In this document: one piece after another, positions 1 to 8,933 of the stretch
Position numbering within the stretch: position 1 is the stretch's first letter
How the letters are laid out: each line of letters starts with the position of its first letter
Source: Sutterella sp.
GTDB taxonomy: Bacteria > Pseudomonadota > Gammaproteobacteria > Burkholderiales > Burkholderiaceae_F
Direction of reading: 5' to 3'
DNA length: 59,518 nucleotides
NCBI GenBank assembly: GCA_019418235.1
Contig: DYCH01000077.1
Span: 46,099 to 105,616 of the forward strand
Translations under genes and position numbers: made by a program
The notes under the pieces: model-generated
The model's database searches: none
What the model was told of the DNA's origin: nothing
Seen by the model: the letters and a program-made list of their open reading frames with translations, nothing else

Positions 1-346
1 TCACGAAGTAGCTTGGTGCATGTCAAGGTCCAGTCACCTTGTTAATCCGCTGGAAAACAAATAAACGCCAATAACAAGCGTTTCGCTCTCGCCGCCTAAT
101 TAAGGCGAGGACCACACCGGTTTGCCTCTAGGCCGGGCTAGTTCGCTAGCAGTGGTTTTATACTAATACAGGCTGGATCACTACGAGGGCGCTGCGTAGT
201 GGTTGAGACTTAAAGAGTGTCTGGTCTGACCAGAGCCGGTTTGAGGGCGTGAAGTCAGATGAGATTTTTTAAATGTTCAAACTAAACATGTAGAGCCGGT
301 TATGGACGATTCTTGGACGCGGGTTCAATTCCCGCCGTCTCCACCA
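1..346 (+). ncRNA. ssrA: tmRNA (5' end cut off by the window edge)
   Basis: tRNA-like 3' end GGACGCGGGTTCAATTCCCGCCGTCTCCACCA ending in CCA at 346; internal tag frame ending ALAA-stop at 67-99. Confidence 0.96.
67..99 (+). other. tmRNA proteolysis tag reading frame, ANNKRFALAA*
   Basis: GCC AAT AAC AAG CGT TTC GCT CTC GCC GCC TAA following an A-rich resume context (ATAAAC). Confidence 0.9.
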
Positions 347-363
347 CACTCAAAAATCCAATG

Positions 364-398
364 CCTCGAGTTGATGTTTCAATTCGGGGTTATTTTTT
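364..398 (+). terminator. intrinsic terminator of ssrA
   Basis: CCTCGAGTTGA/TCAATTCGGGG stem with G-U pairs, then TTATTTTTT. Confidence 0.75.
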
Positions 399-468
399 GC
401 CAATTTCAAGAAAAATTTGTACGTTGATATTATGTTCTGTATGGACAACATTTTTTTCTTAACCCCAT

Positions 469-1176
469 ATGCGCAAAATTTCTTTTCCTCTGAAGTTGCT
501 ATTAGCTCTTATCCCCGTCACGGTTATGGGCGCAGACCTGACACCAGGCGACATCGTAAGCGCGTCTTCAATCGCTCAAGAAAAAGCGGCTTCCTATTTT
601 GTCGCTTCCCCGATTTCCAACGATATTTTTTCACGCATCAATAACAAATCCTGGAAAGAAATTTGTCACCATGACCGCAAAGATTTTCGTTATTTGACGG
701 CGCTGCATTACGACGGGCAAGGTCAAATTCGATTGGGTGAACTCATCGTCCACCAATCCATTGCCAAAGAAGTCTTGGATATCTTGAAAGAACTCTATAT
801 CGCCAAGTATCCAATCGAAAAAATGGTATTGATTGACAACTATGGCGCAGATGATGAATTAAGCATGACGGCGAATAACTCATCGGCTTTTAACTGTCGT
901 GTTGTAAAAGGAAGCAAAAAGCTCTCAGCTCATGCCAGAGGCATGGCCGTTGATATCAATCCGCTTTATAACCCCTACGTGAAAGTCAAAAACGGACAAA
1001 CAATCGTTCAACCCGAAGCAGGTCGCCCTTGGATAGTGCGCAATGCAACCGTCCCCTACAAAATTGATAAGAACGACCTTGCTTATAAGCTATTTAAAAA
1101 GCACGGTTGGGAATGGGGTGGTGATTGGAAGTCACTCAAGGACTACCAACACTTTGAAAAGACAAGGGCACCTTAA
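469..1176 (+). CDS. M15-family zinc peptidase (peptidoglycan peptidase / D-Ala-D-Ala carboxypeptidase-like), exported
   Basis: Signal peptide; SxHxxGxAxD motif (SAHARGMAVD), WGGDW and DYQHFE motifs. Confidence 0.88.
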   Translation: MRKISFPLKLLLALIPVTVMGADLTPGDIVSASSIAQEKAASYFVASPISNDIFSRINNKSWKEICHHDRKDFRYLTALHYDGQGQIRLGELIVHQSIAKEVLDILKELYIAKYPIEKMVLIDNYGADDELSMTANNSSAFNCRVVKGSKKLSAHARGMAVDINPLYNPYVKVKNGQTIVQPEAGRPWIVRNATVPYKIDKNDLAYKLFKKHGWEWGGDWKSLKDYQHFEKTRAP

Positions 1177-1188
1177 TGAAACCTCACC

Positions 1189-1216
1189 TTGAAAAACGAA
1201 ATCTAATTATTAGAAT
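1189..1216 (+). promoter_or_regulatory. putative sigma70 promoter (TTGAAA-N16-TAGAAT)
   Basis: Each hexamer matches consensus at 5/6; no + strand ORF downstream. Confidence 0.5.
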
Positions 1217-1222
1217 CTTTCA

Positions 1223-1311
1223 AAGTGGCAGTTAATGAAAGATTTAATTGTCAGGGCTGATCGAATGATCCTGGTCCACCTCCGGCGGGGATGTCCTCGC
1301 CATTTTATTTT
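1223..1311 (+). ncRNA. candidate ~85-90 nt small RNA
   Basis: Promoter, two hairpins, unpaired CCACCTCC, then terminator GGCGGGG-atgt-CCTCGCC-ATTTTATTTT. Confidence 0.4.
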
Positions 1312-1376
1312 CTGACTTAAGTTGAAAATCACACTACTTAAAGAAAGGATAACTTTCTTCAAAACTAAATATTAGC

Positions 1377-2354
1377 TTAGTGCTGTTGGCCGTGATGCTT
1401 ACTAGCGTGCAAAACCAATAAACCTCTAAACCATTGCATCACAGTGTCGTAATGCGTTCTTTCATGCCAAATCAAACGCGTCCAATAGGTGAAATTTTCA
1501 CTACTATCACCATAAGGAAGCAGTGCAATCTTTGCCCCATACGTTTGACTTAAAACTTGTGCCGTTTCATCGGGCAACAACACTGTTAAATCGGTCTTTT
1601 CAAGAATCGATGGAATCGGCACAAAATACGGTAATGACAATCCAATTTTTTGGCACTCTTGTCCTAGAAGATTAATTTCATCAAGTGAATAAACTTTAGC
1701 TTCACTACCCAATTGATTTGCAACAACAATCTTTCGATATTTTGCGATTTCTTCGAGGGGTAACACTTGGTGTTCTAACCAATATTTTTGGAGAGGATGG
1801 CCTTTTCTCACACAGAGTTTGTAGCGAACGGGATAAAGACGTCGCTCGTGAATTTTCGGAGGAATGTCCCGCGTTGAGGGATAAAAAGCCACATCTACAA
1901 GACCATCCTCGAGCTTTTGGAACATCCCCTGCCCTACCTGTTGAAACTCGAGAACAGCGTTCGGAGCAACTTCATAAAATTTATCAATGAAGTCTCTCAG
2001 CACAATCATAATGGCATTGTCTGCCGCCACAATCCGAAACCGTCTCGTCAGTGTTAACGGATCAAATTCCTCGCGCTCAGTCATGGCGCTCATACGAGCC
2101 AGGACATCTTCAATCTGAATCGCCAATTCATGCGCACGGTTCGTTGGTAAGAATTTGGGGTTGGAACGAATAAAAAGCGGATCGTCAAACACACCTCTTA
2201 ACTTTTTCAATACTCGAGAGGCGGCAGGCACCGTTAATTCGTATTTTTTAGCTGTATCTGTGATTGAACAAAGACGGTAGAGCGTCAAGAAAAACTCAAG
2301 CTCTGAAAACGTCAATGAACTAATTTGCGAATTTTGGTAAGAACGATTTGTCAC
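1377..2354 (-). CDS. LysR-family transcriptional regulator, divergent from assT copy 1
   Basis: N-terminal HTH (SITDTAKKYELTVPAASRVLKKLRGVFDDPLFIR) and C-terminal WHERT...QWFR motif of the NodD/LeuO-like subgroup. Confidence 0.92.
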   Translation of the reverse strand: MTNRSYQNSQISSLTFSELEFFLTLYRLCSITDTAKKYELTVPAASRVLKKLRGVFDDPLFIRSNPKFLPTNRAHELAIQIEDVLARMSAMTEREEFDPLTLTRRFRIVAADNAIMIVLRDFIDKFYEVAPNAVLEFQQVGQGMFQKLEDGLVDVAFYPSTRDIPPKIHERRLYPVRYKLCVRKGHPLQKYWLEHQVLPLEEIAKYRKIVVANQLGSEAKVYSLDEINLLGQECQKIGLSLPYFVPIPSILEKTDLTVLLPDETAQVLSQTYGAKIALLPYGDSSENFTYWTRLIWHERTHYDTVMQWFRGLLVLHASKHHGQQH

Positions 2355-2363
2355 AGAATGAAA
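2349..2363. promoter_or_regulatory. putative LysR T-N11-A box overlapping the lysR start codon
   Basis: TGTCA-N5-TGAAA, similar to CTTTCA-N5-TGAAAG upstream of the second lysR. Confidence 0.3.
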
Positions 2364-2476
2364 TTATCCAAAGAGAAATAACAATTTATTGATTTTAAAC
2401 AAAATTATACACTTCTAGTCATTGCCAAATTAGAAATTTGACATAAACGCTCTTCAAATTTTTTAAGGAAAATCCT

Positions 2477-4303
2477 ATGTTCCGCATATCTCTCGTCGCT
2501 GGTCTTGTCGTTTCGGCAACTCTTGCTTTTGCCGGTTCTGCTATGGCTGCTGGTGGCTCTTCTGGTCCGAAAGTTACCTATCCTACATCGGGTAAAATTG
2601 GCGCCGTCATCGTCAATCCCTATAACATTGCACCTTTGACGGCTGTCATTCGTAACGGTGGATACGTTGTCACGAATGCATCGGTGCGCATCGTTCCGAA
2701 AAAAGACGGTCAAGAAATTAAGTACAACGTCAGCGACACGCAAATCCGTACGCACGGCGGTATCCCCGTTTTCGGTCTTTATGCGGACTATCAAAACACG
2801 GTTGAAGTTTCTTATACGCGTACCTTAAACGGTAAGTCAGAACGCGTTGAAAAAGAAATCTACAAAATCTACGGTCAACCGGCCTCTATTCGTCACTCTG
2901 GTTACGCTGGTGTAAATAGCTCCTTCTTTGACGTCACGGTCAACAAGGTTGATCCGAAGTTTAGTGACCGTCTCATCCTTGTTAACAACATGGTCGGCGC
3001 CCCTGCCAATTCAACGCGCGCTGTTTGGAATAACCCGATGGGCGGTGCTTTGGAATGGAACCGTTATCCGATGAACGCCATCATTGATACCAAGGGTGAA
3101 ATCCGTTGGTACATGGATCCGACGAGCATCTATGACTTCGATAACATCTACAAGGCCGGCATCATGATGGGCTTCCGTCAAAATAAAGACGGTGCCTTTA
3201 GCTGGGGCTATGGACAACGTTACGTGAAGTATGACTTGATGGGTCGTGAAATCTTTAACCGTCGTTTACCTGATGGCTACAATGACTTCTCCCACGCTTT
3301 AGATCCGATGCAAAACGGTAACTATCTTGCTCGCGTTGCCTCGTCCGACCACAAGCTTGCTAACGGTAAGCATGTCCGTACGGTTCGAGACGTGATTATT
3401 GAAGTTGACCCCAACGGTAACGTGGTGGACGAATGGCGTCTCTTTGACATCCTTGACCCGTATCGTGACAACGTTCTTAAGGTGCTTGACCAAGGTGCTG
3501 TTTGCTTGAACATTGACGCTAGCCAAGCCGGTAAGACACTTTCTGCAGAAGACTTAGCGAAGATGGATGAATCGGATCACTTTGGCGATATCGTCGGTTC
3601 CGGTGCCGGTCGCAACTGGGTTCACGTTAACTCTGTCGACTATGACCCGACTGATGACTCCATCATCATTTCTTCTCGCCACCAATCGGCTTTGATTAAG
3701 ATTGGTCGCGACAAGAAGGTGAAATGGATTTTGGGCTCTCCGGAAGGTTGGAAGGGCGATTTTGCCAAGAAGGTGTTAACGCCGGTTGATAAGAACGGTA
3801 AGAAGATCGTTTGCGAAAACTCCAAGTGCGAAGGTTCTACCTTTGATTGGTCTTGGACGCAACACACCGGTTGGCGTATTGACCAAAAATCCAACAAGAA
3901 TGTCTTCTACTTATCTGTCTTCGATAACGGTGACGCACGTGGTATGGAACAACCTGCAATTCCTAGCATGAAGTACAGCCGTGCCGTTATTTACAAGATC
4001 GATCAAAAGAAGATGACTGTTCAACAAGTTTGGGAATACGGTAAAGAACGTGGTCATGAATGGTTTAGCCCTGTGACGTCCTTAACCGAATACCAAGCCG
4101 ATAAAGACTCTGTCTTCACATACTCTGCAACGGCTGGTGCAACGTACAACCTCGCAACGGGTGCCTTTGAATCCGCTCCGAATCCGTTTATCAACGAATT
4201 CAATTGGGGTGCAAAGGAACCGGGCCTTGAAATTCAATTGCACAACACCTCTGGCTACCAAGCCATGCCTGTTGATTTGAATAAGGCTTTTAACGCCAAG
4301 TAA
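2477..4303 (+). CDS. assT: periplasmic aryl-sulfate sulfotransferase, copy 1
   Basis: Signal peptide; DFSH, HVNS, SSRHQ and WTQH catalytic motifs; CENSKC Cys pair; followed by dsbL-dsbI. Confidence 0.93.
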   Translation: MFRISLVAGLVVSATLAFAGSAMAAGGSSGPKVTYPTSGKIGAVIVNPYNIAPLTAVIRNGGYVVTNASVRIVPKKDGQEIKYNVSDTQIRTHGGIPVFGLYADYQNTVEVSYTRTLNGKSERVEKEIYKIYGQPASIRHSGYAGVNSSFFDVTVNKVDPKFSDRLILVNNMVGAPANSTRAVWNNPMGGALEWNRYPMNAIIDTKGEIRWYMDPTSIYDFDNIYKAGIMMGFRQNKDGAFSWGYGQRYVKYDLMGREIFNRRLPDGYNDFSHALDPMQNGNYLARVASSDHKLANGKHVRTVRDVIIEVDPNGNVVDEWRLFDILDPYRDNVLKVLDQGAVCLNIDASQAGKTLSAEDLAKMDESDHFGDIVGSGAGRNWVHVNSVDYDPTDDSIIISSRHQSALIKIGRDKKVKWILGSPEGWKGDFAKKVLTPVDKNGKKIVCENSKCEGSTFDWSWTQHTGWRIDQKSNKNVFYLSVFDNGDARGMEQPAIPSMKYSRAVIYKIDQKKMTVQQVWEYGKERGHEWFSPVTSLTEYQADKDSVFTYSATAGATYNLATGAFESAPNPFINEFNWGAKEPGLEIQLHNTSGYQAMPVDLNKAFNAK

Positions 4304-4315
4304 TTTCTTAACGAA

Positions 4316-4346
4316 ACACAAGCAGGGGCTCCTCTCCTGCTTGTGT
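4316..4346 (+). other. intercistronic stem-loop between assT and dsbL
   Basis: ACACAAGCAGG/CCTGCTTGTGT 11-bp inverted repeat. Confidence 0.55.
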
Positions 4347-4400
4347 CAATTGGTTTTTAATAGTTTTAAAAACTACAAAACAAAGAAGAAGGATTTTCAA

Positions 4401-5048
4401 ATGTTTAAAAAATTCTTAGTAACGGCTGCCGCTTTAACGTGCTCTGCCATGGCGTTTGCCGCTCCCGTTGAAGGCACCGACTATGTGGTGTTGGATAAAC
4501 CCATCCCCAACGCTCAAGGCACCTTCATCAAGGTCTACTCCTACGACTGCCCCTTCTGCTATCGCTATGACAAGGGTGTCGTGCCCGTGATCAAGCAAAA
4601 GCTTGATAAAGAACTCAAGTTCTTGGACTACCACCTCCACACCAAAGGCAAGTACGGCAACGAAGGCGATGAAGTTTTGGCTACCCTTTGGGTTGAAGAC
4701 GAGGCCGCTGGACGCGATCCGGTCGCTGAAGGTTCCATGCACAAAAACGCTAAGTTCGCCCTTTATAAGGCCTACCACGATCAAAAAGAACGTTGGGATG
4801 CCGGTGCCGATGCTTTCATCAAGACCGCTCTTGACGCCGCAGGCATGAGCCGAGCTGATTTTGATGCTAAGAAGCAAGACCCGAAGGTGCAAGCTTTGGT
4901 TAAGGCTTGGAAGGACAGCACCTATGATGTTGCCAAGATCCAAGGGGTTCCCGCTTTTGTTGTGAACGGCAAGTACCTTTTAAAGACCGCTGCGATTCGC
5001 TCGATTGATAGCATGGTCGAGAACGTGCGTGAACTTTCCAAGAAGTAA
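4401..5048 (+). CDS. dsbL: DsbA-family thiol:disulfide oxidoreductase DsbL, copy 1
   Basis: CPFC active site, GVPAF cis-Pro loop, signal peptide; ATG at 4401 preceded by AAGGA. Confidence 0.9.
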   Translation: MFKKFLVTAAALTCSAMAFAAPVEGTDYVVLDKPIPNAQGTFIKVYSYDCPFCYRYDKGVVPVIKQKLDKELKFLDYHLHTKGKYGNEGDEVLATLWVEDEAAGRDPVAEGSMHKNAKFALYKAYHDQKERWDAGADAFIKTALDAAGMSRADFDAKKQDPKVQALVKAWKDSTYDVAKIQGVPAFVVNGKYLLKTAAIRSIDSMVENVRELSKK

Positions 5049-5389
5049 TCCGAGGCTCGAATGAAAGGCTTTTTTAAAGATTTCAAAACCGAGCCGATGA
5101 ACACATTGGCTCGGTGGCAAGACACGCGAGAGCCGTGGTTACTCTTTGCGATTACCTCTGTTCTTTTGGTGTTGATTGCCCACTACGTGTTCCAAGACTG
5201 GATGCACATGCTGCCTTGTGAGCAATGCGTCTATATCCGTTACGGCAATTTAGTGATGGCCTTGGGTGCATTCATTGTGGCGATTAAACCGCAATGGATT
5301 TGGGGCAAGATTGCCGGCGTGGGTATCTTCCTCTATGGTTTGATTTACACGATGCTTTGCTCGTGGAAATTGATCAAGATTCACGATGC
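4764..5389 (+). repeat. ~626-bp identical inverted repeat, left copy (dsbL 3' part plus dsbI 5' part)
   Basis: Matches the reverse complement of 24127-24752 base for base by eye; synonymous differences resume on both sides. Confidence 0.88.
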
Positions 5390-5729
5390 GGTGCACTCCG
5401 ATGACCCGATGGCGATGTTCGGTCTTCAAGGTTGCTCAACGGATGCGAAGTATCACTTTGGTCTTCCGTTAGATAAGTGGGCACCGGACTGGTTTAAGCC
5501 TACGGGTGACTGCGGTTACGATGCGCCTGTGGTAGCACCCGGCGTGGAATTATCCGACCTTCAACGCTGGTTTATTGAACTTTATCAATCAACGGATGGT
5601 TGGTACTTGATTCCGCAATGGAAGTTCATGGACATGGCCGAGTGCTGCATGTTGGCTTGTGTGTGCTATGCCATTTTATTGATTGCTCTGTTGTGGGCTT
5701 GGGTGAAACGTGATTTCTTGACGAAATAA
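5061..5729 (+). CDS. dsbI: DsbB-family disulfide oxidoreductase DsbI, copy 1
   Basis: PCEQCVYIR motif, transmembrane helices, GCS and PTGDCG periplasmic cysteines. Confidence 0.9.
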   Translation: MKGFFKDFKTEPMNTLARWQDTREPWLLFAITSVLLVLIAHYVFQDWMHMLPCEQCVYIRYGNLVMALGAFIVAIKPQWIWGKIAGVGIFLYGLIYTMLCSWKLIKIHDAVHSDDPMAMFGLQGCSTDAKYHFGLPLDKWAPDWFKPTGDCGYDAPVVAPGVELSDLQRWFIELYQSTDGWYLIPQWKFMDMAECCMLACVCYAILLIALLWAWVKRDFLTK

Positions 5730-5756
5730 ATATTTGTAGGAAAATCAAAGAGATTT

Positions 5757-5786
5757 AAGAGGTTTTGAGTTTCAAAACCTCTTTTT
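5757..5786 (+). terminator. intrinsic terminator after dsbI
   Basis: AAGAGGTTTTGA/TCAAAACCTCTT stem plus T run. Confidence 0.75.
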
Positions 5787-5847
5787 CGTTACGAAGGACA
5801 TTTCAGACAAATCGACACTCAGAGCAACCATATGATGATTTTTTAGC

Positions 5848-5914
5848 ATTTTTTCGACATATTTTCTTGATATGTCGATGGCATCGACATATCCCACGAA
5901 TGTGTCGAAAAAAT
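5848..5914. repeat. nested palindrome: two TCGACATAT-N7-ATRTGTCGA sites 30 bp apart
   Basis: Arms at 5854-5862, 5870-5878, 5884-5892 and 5900-5908; the whole unit is dyad-symmetric about 5881. Confidence 0.85.
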
Positions 5915-5961
5915 AATAATTTTCATCATTGCACAAAAAATATGCAAAAAAATAAGTTGAA

Positions 5962-6423
5962 TTAGGGACGATACCGAATCGGTCGTTGAATCCCTAATTC
6001 TTTGAGCTTCTCACTCTCTGGATCAATAATCGTAAAGCAACTCTTAATTTCTTCAGGTACTTCAATCGGCATACCGGTTTTAAAGTCAATGAACACCCAC
6101 GTTGTCGCACCAATGCACACCAAAGTGTCTCCTCGCTTAATCGCATAGCGACGCAATGAGCGAGAGGCGTGCCAACTATCGACCCAACTGTAGATCGTTA
6201 ACTCGTCGCCCTCGTAAGTAGGACGCAAATATTCAATCCAATGCTGCTTAGCCACCCAAACCTGTTGACGTTTAATAAGCGTTCGAGCGTCCCATCCGAG
6301 TTCTGCTGCATGAGCGCTTGCCGCATCTTCCATCCAACGTAAATACTCGCGATTATTCACATGACGAAAGACATCGATAGATTCTTTTCCGACAACAAAA
6401 TGATGTTCGTAAATTTCAGACAT
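5962..6423 (-). CDS. hotdog-fold acyl-CoA thioesterase (4HBT/YbgC-like)
   Basis: IDVFRHVNNREYLRWMEDA motif (D-x-x-x-H-V-N-N-x-x-Y). Confidence 0.85.
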   Translation of the reverse strand: MSEIYEHHFVVGKESIDVFRHVNNREYLRWMEDAASAHAAELGWDARTLIKRQQVWVAKQHWIEYLRPTYEGDELTIYSWVDSWHASRSLRRYAIKRGDTLVCIGATTWVFIDFKTGMPIEVPEEIKSCFTIIDPESEKLKELGIQRPIRYRP

Positions 6424-6533
6424 TTCAAACTTAAAAATAAACGTTAAAGCGAGGAAAAAGAATAAACCTTTTTTGCCTCATTAACACGCCCATTCACGTT
6501 TTGCAACAACTACACATTTGTACATTTGTTACT

Positions 6534-7316
6534 TTACTGGCGAATTTTGAACCCAACTTTCAATAAAGCAACCGCTCCACTAAAACACAACACCAAGACA
6601 ACGCTTCCCCACAAAGCCGACTCCCAGGGACTCGTTTCAAATCCTCCCAAAAAGCCGCCTCGAAACCCATCAATCAGATAAAACATGGGATTAAAAAACG
6701 TGAGCTGCTGCCACGTCTCCGGTAACGCTTTCGTGGAGTAAAAAACACCGGATAAAAACGTCAAAGGCATGATGATGAAGTTTTGAATCACGCCCATCTG
6801 TTCATAACGATCGGCCCAAATTGCGGTTATTAATCCGAGAGTTGCCATCATCATGGCGCCTTGAAGGGCAAAAACCGCAATCCACACAAAATTGTCAATC
6901 GTGGGACTCACCCAAAACATTGTCCCAACCCAAACGCACAAACCCACAAAAAGTCCTCTTAATGTCGCCGATAAAACATAAGCCAATGCAATCTGCGCGC
7001 TCGACAAGGGGGGCATCAAAATAAAACTCAATGTCCCCGAAATCTTTGACTGAATAAAAGACGATGACGTATTAGCAAAAGCGTTTTGCAAAACTGCCAT
7101 CATCACGAGCCCCGGAACCAAGAAGTCGAGGTAGGAATAGGAGTCGCTTACAACCATTCTTTCTTGAAGTACAGCACCAAACACGATCAAGTACAGTAAA
7201 GAGGACAAAACAGGAGCGGCTACCGTGTGAAAGGCCACCTTTTTAAAACGAATAATTTCCTTTTTCAAAAGCGTTAAAAAGGCAATGTGTGAATGAAAAA
7301 TCTGTGCGCGAACCAT
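6534..7316 (-). CDS. ABC-2 type transporter permease (YadH-like)
   Basis: YLDFLVPGLVMMAVLQNAFAN, PLTFLSGVFYS and NPMFYLIDGFR motifs. Confidence 0.85.
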   Translation of the reverse strand: MVRAQIFHSHIAFLTLLKKEIIRFKKVAFHTVAAPVLSSLLYLIVFGAVLQERMVVSDSYSYLDFLVPGLVMMAVLQNAFANTSSSFIQSKISGTLSFILMPPLSSAQIALAYVLSATLRGLFVGLCVWVGTMFWVSPTIDNFVWIAVFALQGAMMMATLGLITAIWADRYEQMGVIQNFIIMPLTFLSGVFYSTKALPETWQQLTFFNPMFYLIDGFRGGFLGGFETSPWESALWGSVVLVLCFSGAVALLKVGFKIRQ

Positions 7317-7319
7317 GCA

Positions 7320-8222
7320 CTACTCCGATAACAATTTCACGAAAACATCTTCCAGACTCGCTTGCGAAAGTGTGAGATTTTCTGGCGTTACGTTCGCCTT
7401 CAAAAGTGTCTGAAGAATACCGTTGAGGTCTTTTGTGTCTGCAAAAGAGAGAACATAATTGTGGTTTTGTTGTCGTAACACTTTTGATGCCAACTCTTTG
7501 GGAAGCTCAGCATTCGTAAGACGAAATTGCACAGTGCTTTGCTGAAAGTTCTCTAATAACCGATCGGTTTTATCTTGAGCGACTATTTCCCCGTGATTCA
7601 AAATGGCAACGTTAGAGCACAAATTTTGGGCTTCTTCCAAGTAGTGCGTCGTCAAGATGACGGTGTGACCTTTTTGATGCAAACGACCGATAAATTTCCA
7701 AAGTTGATGACGAAGTTCAACATCAACGCCTGCGGTGGGTTCATCAAGCACGATGACAGGAGGTTTATGCACCAACGCCTGAGCAACGAGTACGCGTCTT
7801 TTCATGCCACCGGATAACAAACGTGTCGGGGTTTGTGCCTTGTCTTGAAGGCCCAACTCGTGCAAGAGTTCATCAATCCAATCATCATTTTTTGCCAAGC
7901 CGTAATAACCGCTTTGAAAGCATAATGTTTCCCGCACCGATAAAAACGGATCGTAGATAATTTCTTGCGCAACCACGCCTAAATTCATGGACGCAGCGAC
8001 TCGATCAGAAACAATGTCTTTGCCAAGCACTTTCACGCTCCCCTTTGTCGGCAAAACCAGTCCGGAAAGCGTATTAATCAGAGTGGATTTACCGGCACCG
8101 TTTGGCCCTAAAAGCGCGAAAAAATCCCCCTCTTCGACTTTTAAAGAAATCCCTTTAAGCGCCTGAAATCCGTTTTTATAAGTTTTCTCTAATTGATCAA
8201 TTTCAATAGCAAAACGTTGCAT
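7320..8222 (-). CDS. ABC transporter ATP-binding protein (YadG-like)
   Basis: GPNGAGKST, LSGGMKRR, LDEPTAGVD. Confidence 0.9.
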   Translation of the reverse strand: MQRFAIEIDQLEKTYKNGFQALKGISLKVEEGDFFALLGPNGAGKSTLINTLSGLVLPTKGSVKVLGKDIVSDRVAASMNLGVVAQEIIYDPFLSVRETLCFQSGYYGLAKNDDWIDELLHELGLQDKAQTPTRLLSGGMKRRVLVAQALVHKPPVIVLDEPTAGVDVELRHQLWKFIGRLHQKGHTVILTTHYLEEAQNLCSNVAILNHGEIVAQDKTDRLLENFQQSTVQFRLTNAELPKELASKVLRQQNHNYVLSFADTKDLNGILQTLLKANVTPENLTLSQASLEDVFVKLLSE

Positions 8223-8225
8223 TTT

Positions 8226-8933
8226 TTAATCCATCTCATATCGAACGGGAATCACCAAAGCCACGGCCATTTTTGCGCTCGTCTGCAAGTTATTTAATGC
8301 TCTGGCAGCATCCATGGTTGCACGCCTAAAAAGGGCATTTCCACCCTCTTCAAGTCCATAATGCGTAACTCGGCCGTCACTACCCACCACCACTTTCAAA
8401 TGCGTGATGCCTTCTAAACCAATATCGCGGGCGCGCTTGGGATAACGCTTATGACGTTCAATCACATCAACGATTTCTTTAAGGGCAACGGCGGTAGGAT
8501 TCTCACTTCCGGAAGAGCCTTGAGTAGACATTGCCTTTTGTGCGCTACCTACGCTTTTTTGCACAGCCTTGGGCTTGACTTTCGTGGGTTTAGTAGGCTT
8601 TGTTTTCTTAACCACAGGCTTTTCAACCAACGGTTTCTTTTCTTTTTTAATAACGGGTTCATCTTCTTTGAGCTTCACCTGCCAGACGCTATCGGGCACG
8701 GTCATTAATACCCAATCGCGTTCAATTTGCATGGGATTGGCACTCAAATCCACTTTGACAGGTAATGCTGTTTTTAACGCTGCCTGTTGAGCGATTTTCA
8801 ATGGTTCAGACAGCGCCAAAAACGACAAAAAACAAAACCCAATCATCAACATCGTCACCGAGAGTTTGGCGGCCAAAGACGCTTCTTTGGCCTCAGAAAT
8901 GCGATCCTGTGATGGCTTTGTTAGTAATCTCAT
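8226..8933 (-). CDS. tonB: TonB-family energy transducer
   Basis: N-terminal TM, Lys/Pro-rich linker, C-terminal YPKRARDIGLEG TonB_C motif; downstream of exbBD. Confidence 0.82.
   Translation of the reverse strand: MRLLTKPSQDRISEAKEASLAAKLSVTMLMIGFCFLSFLALSEPLKIAQQAALKTALPVKVDLSANPMQIERDWVLMTVPDSVWQVKLKEDEPVIKKEKKPLVEKPVVKKTKPTKPTKVKPKAVQKSVGSAQKAMSTQGSSGSENPTAVALKEIVDVIERHKRYPKRARDIGLEGITHLKVVVGSDGRVTHYGLEEGGNALFRRATMDAARALNNLQTSAKMAVALVIPVRYEMD

Noticed and set aside
320..470. Integrative element at the tmRNA 3' end
   Set aside because: No integrase follows ssrA and I saw no duplicate of its 3' end in the window; a normal terminator follows directly.
469..1176. VanX/VanY glycopeptide-resistance gene or phage endolysin
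   Set aside because: No van cluster or phage genes nearby; the signal peptide fits a housekeeping periplasmic M15 peptidase.
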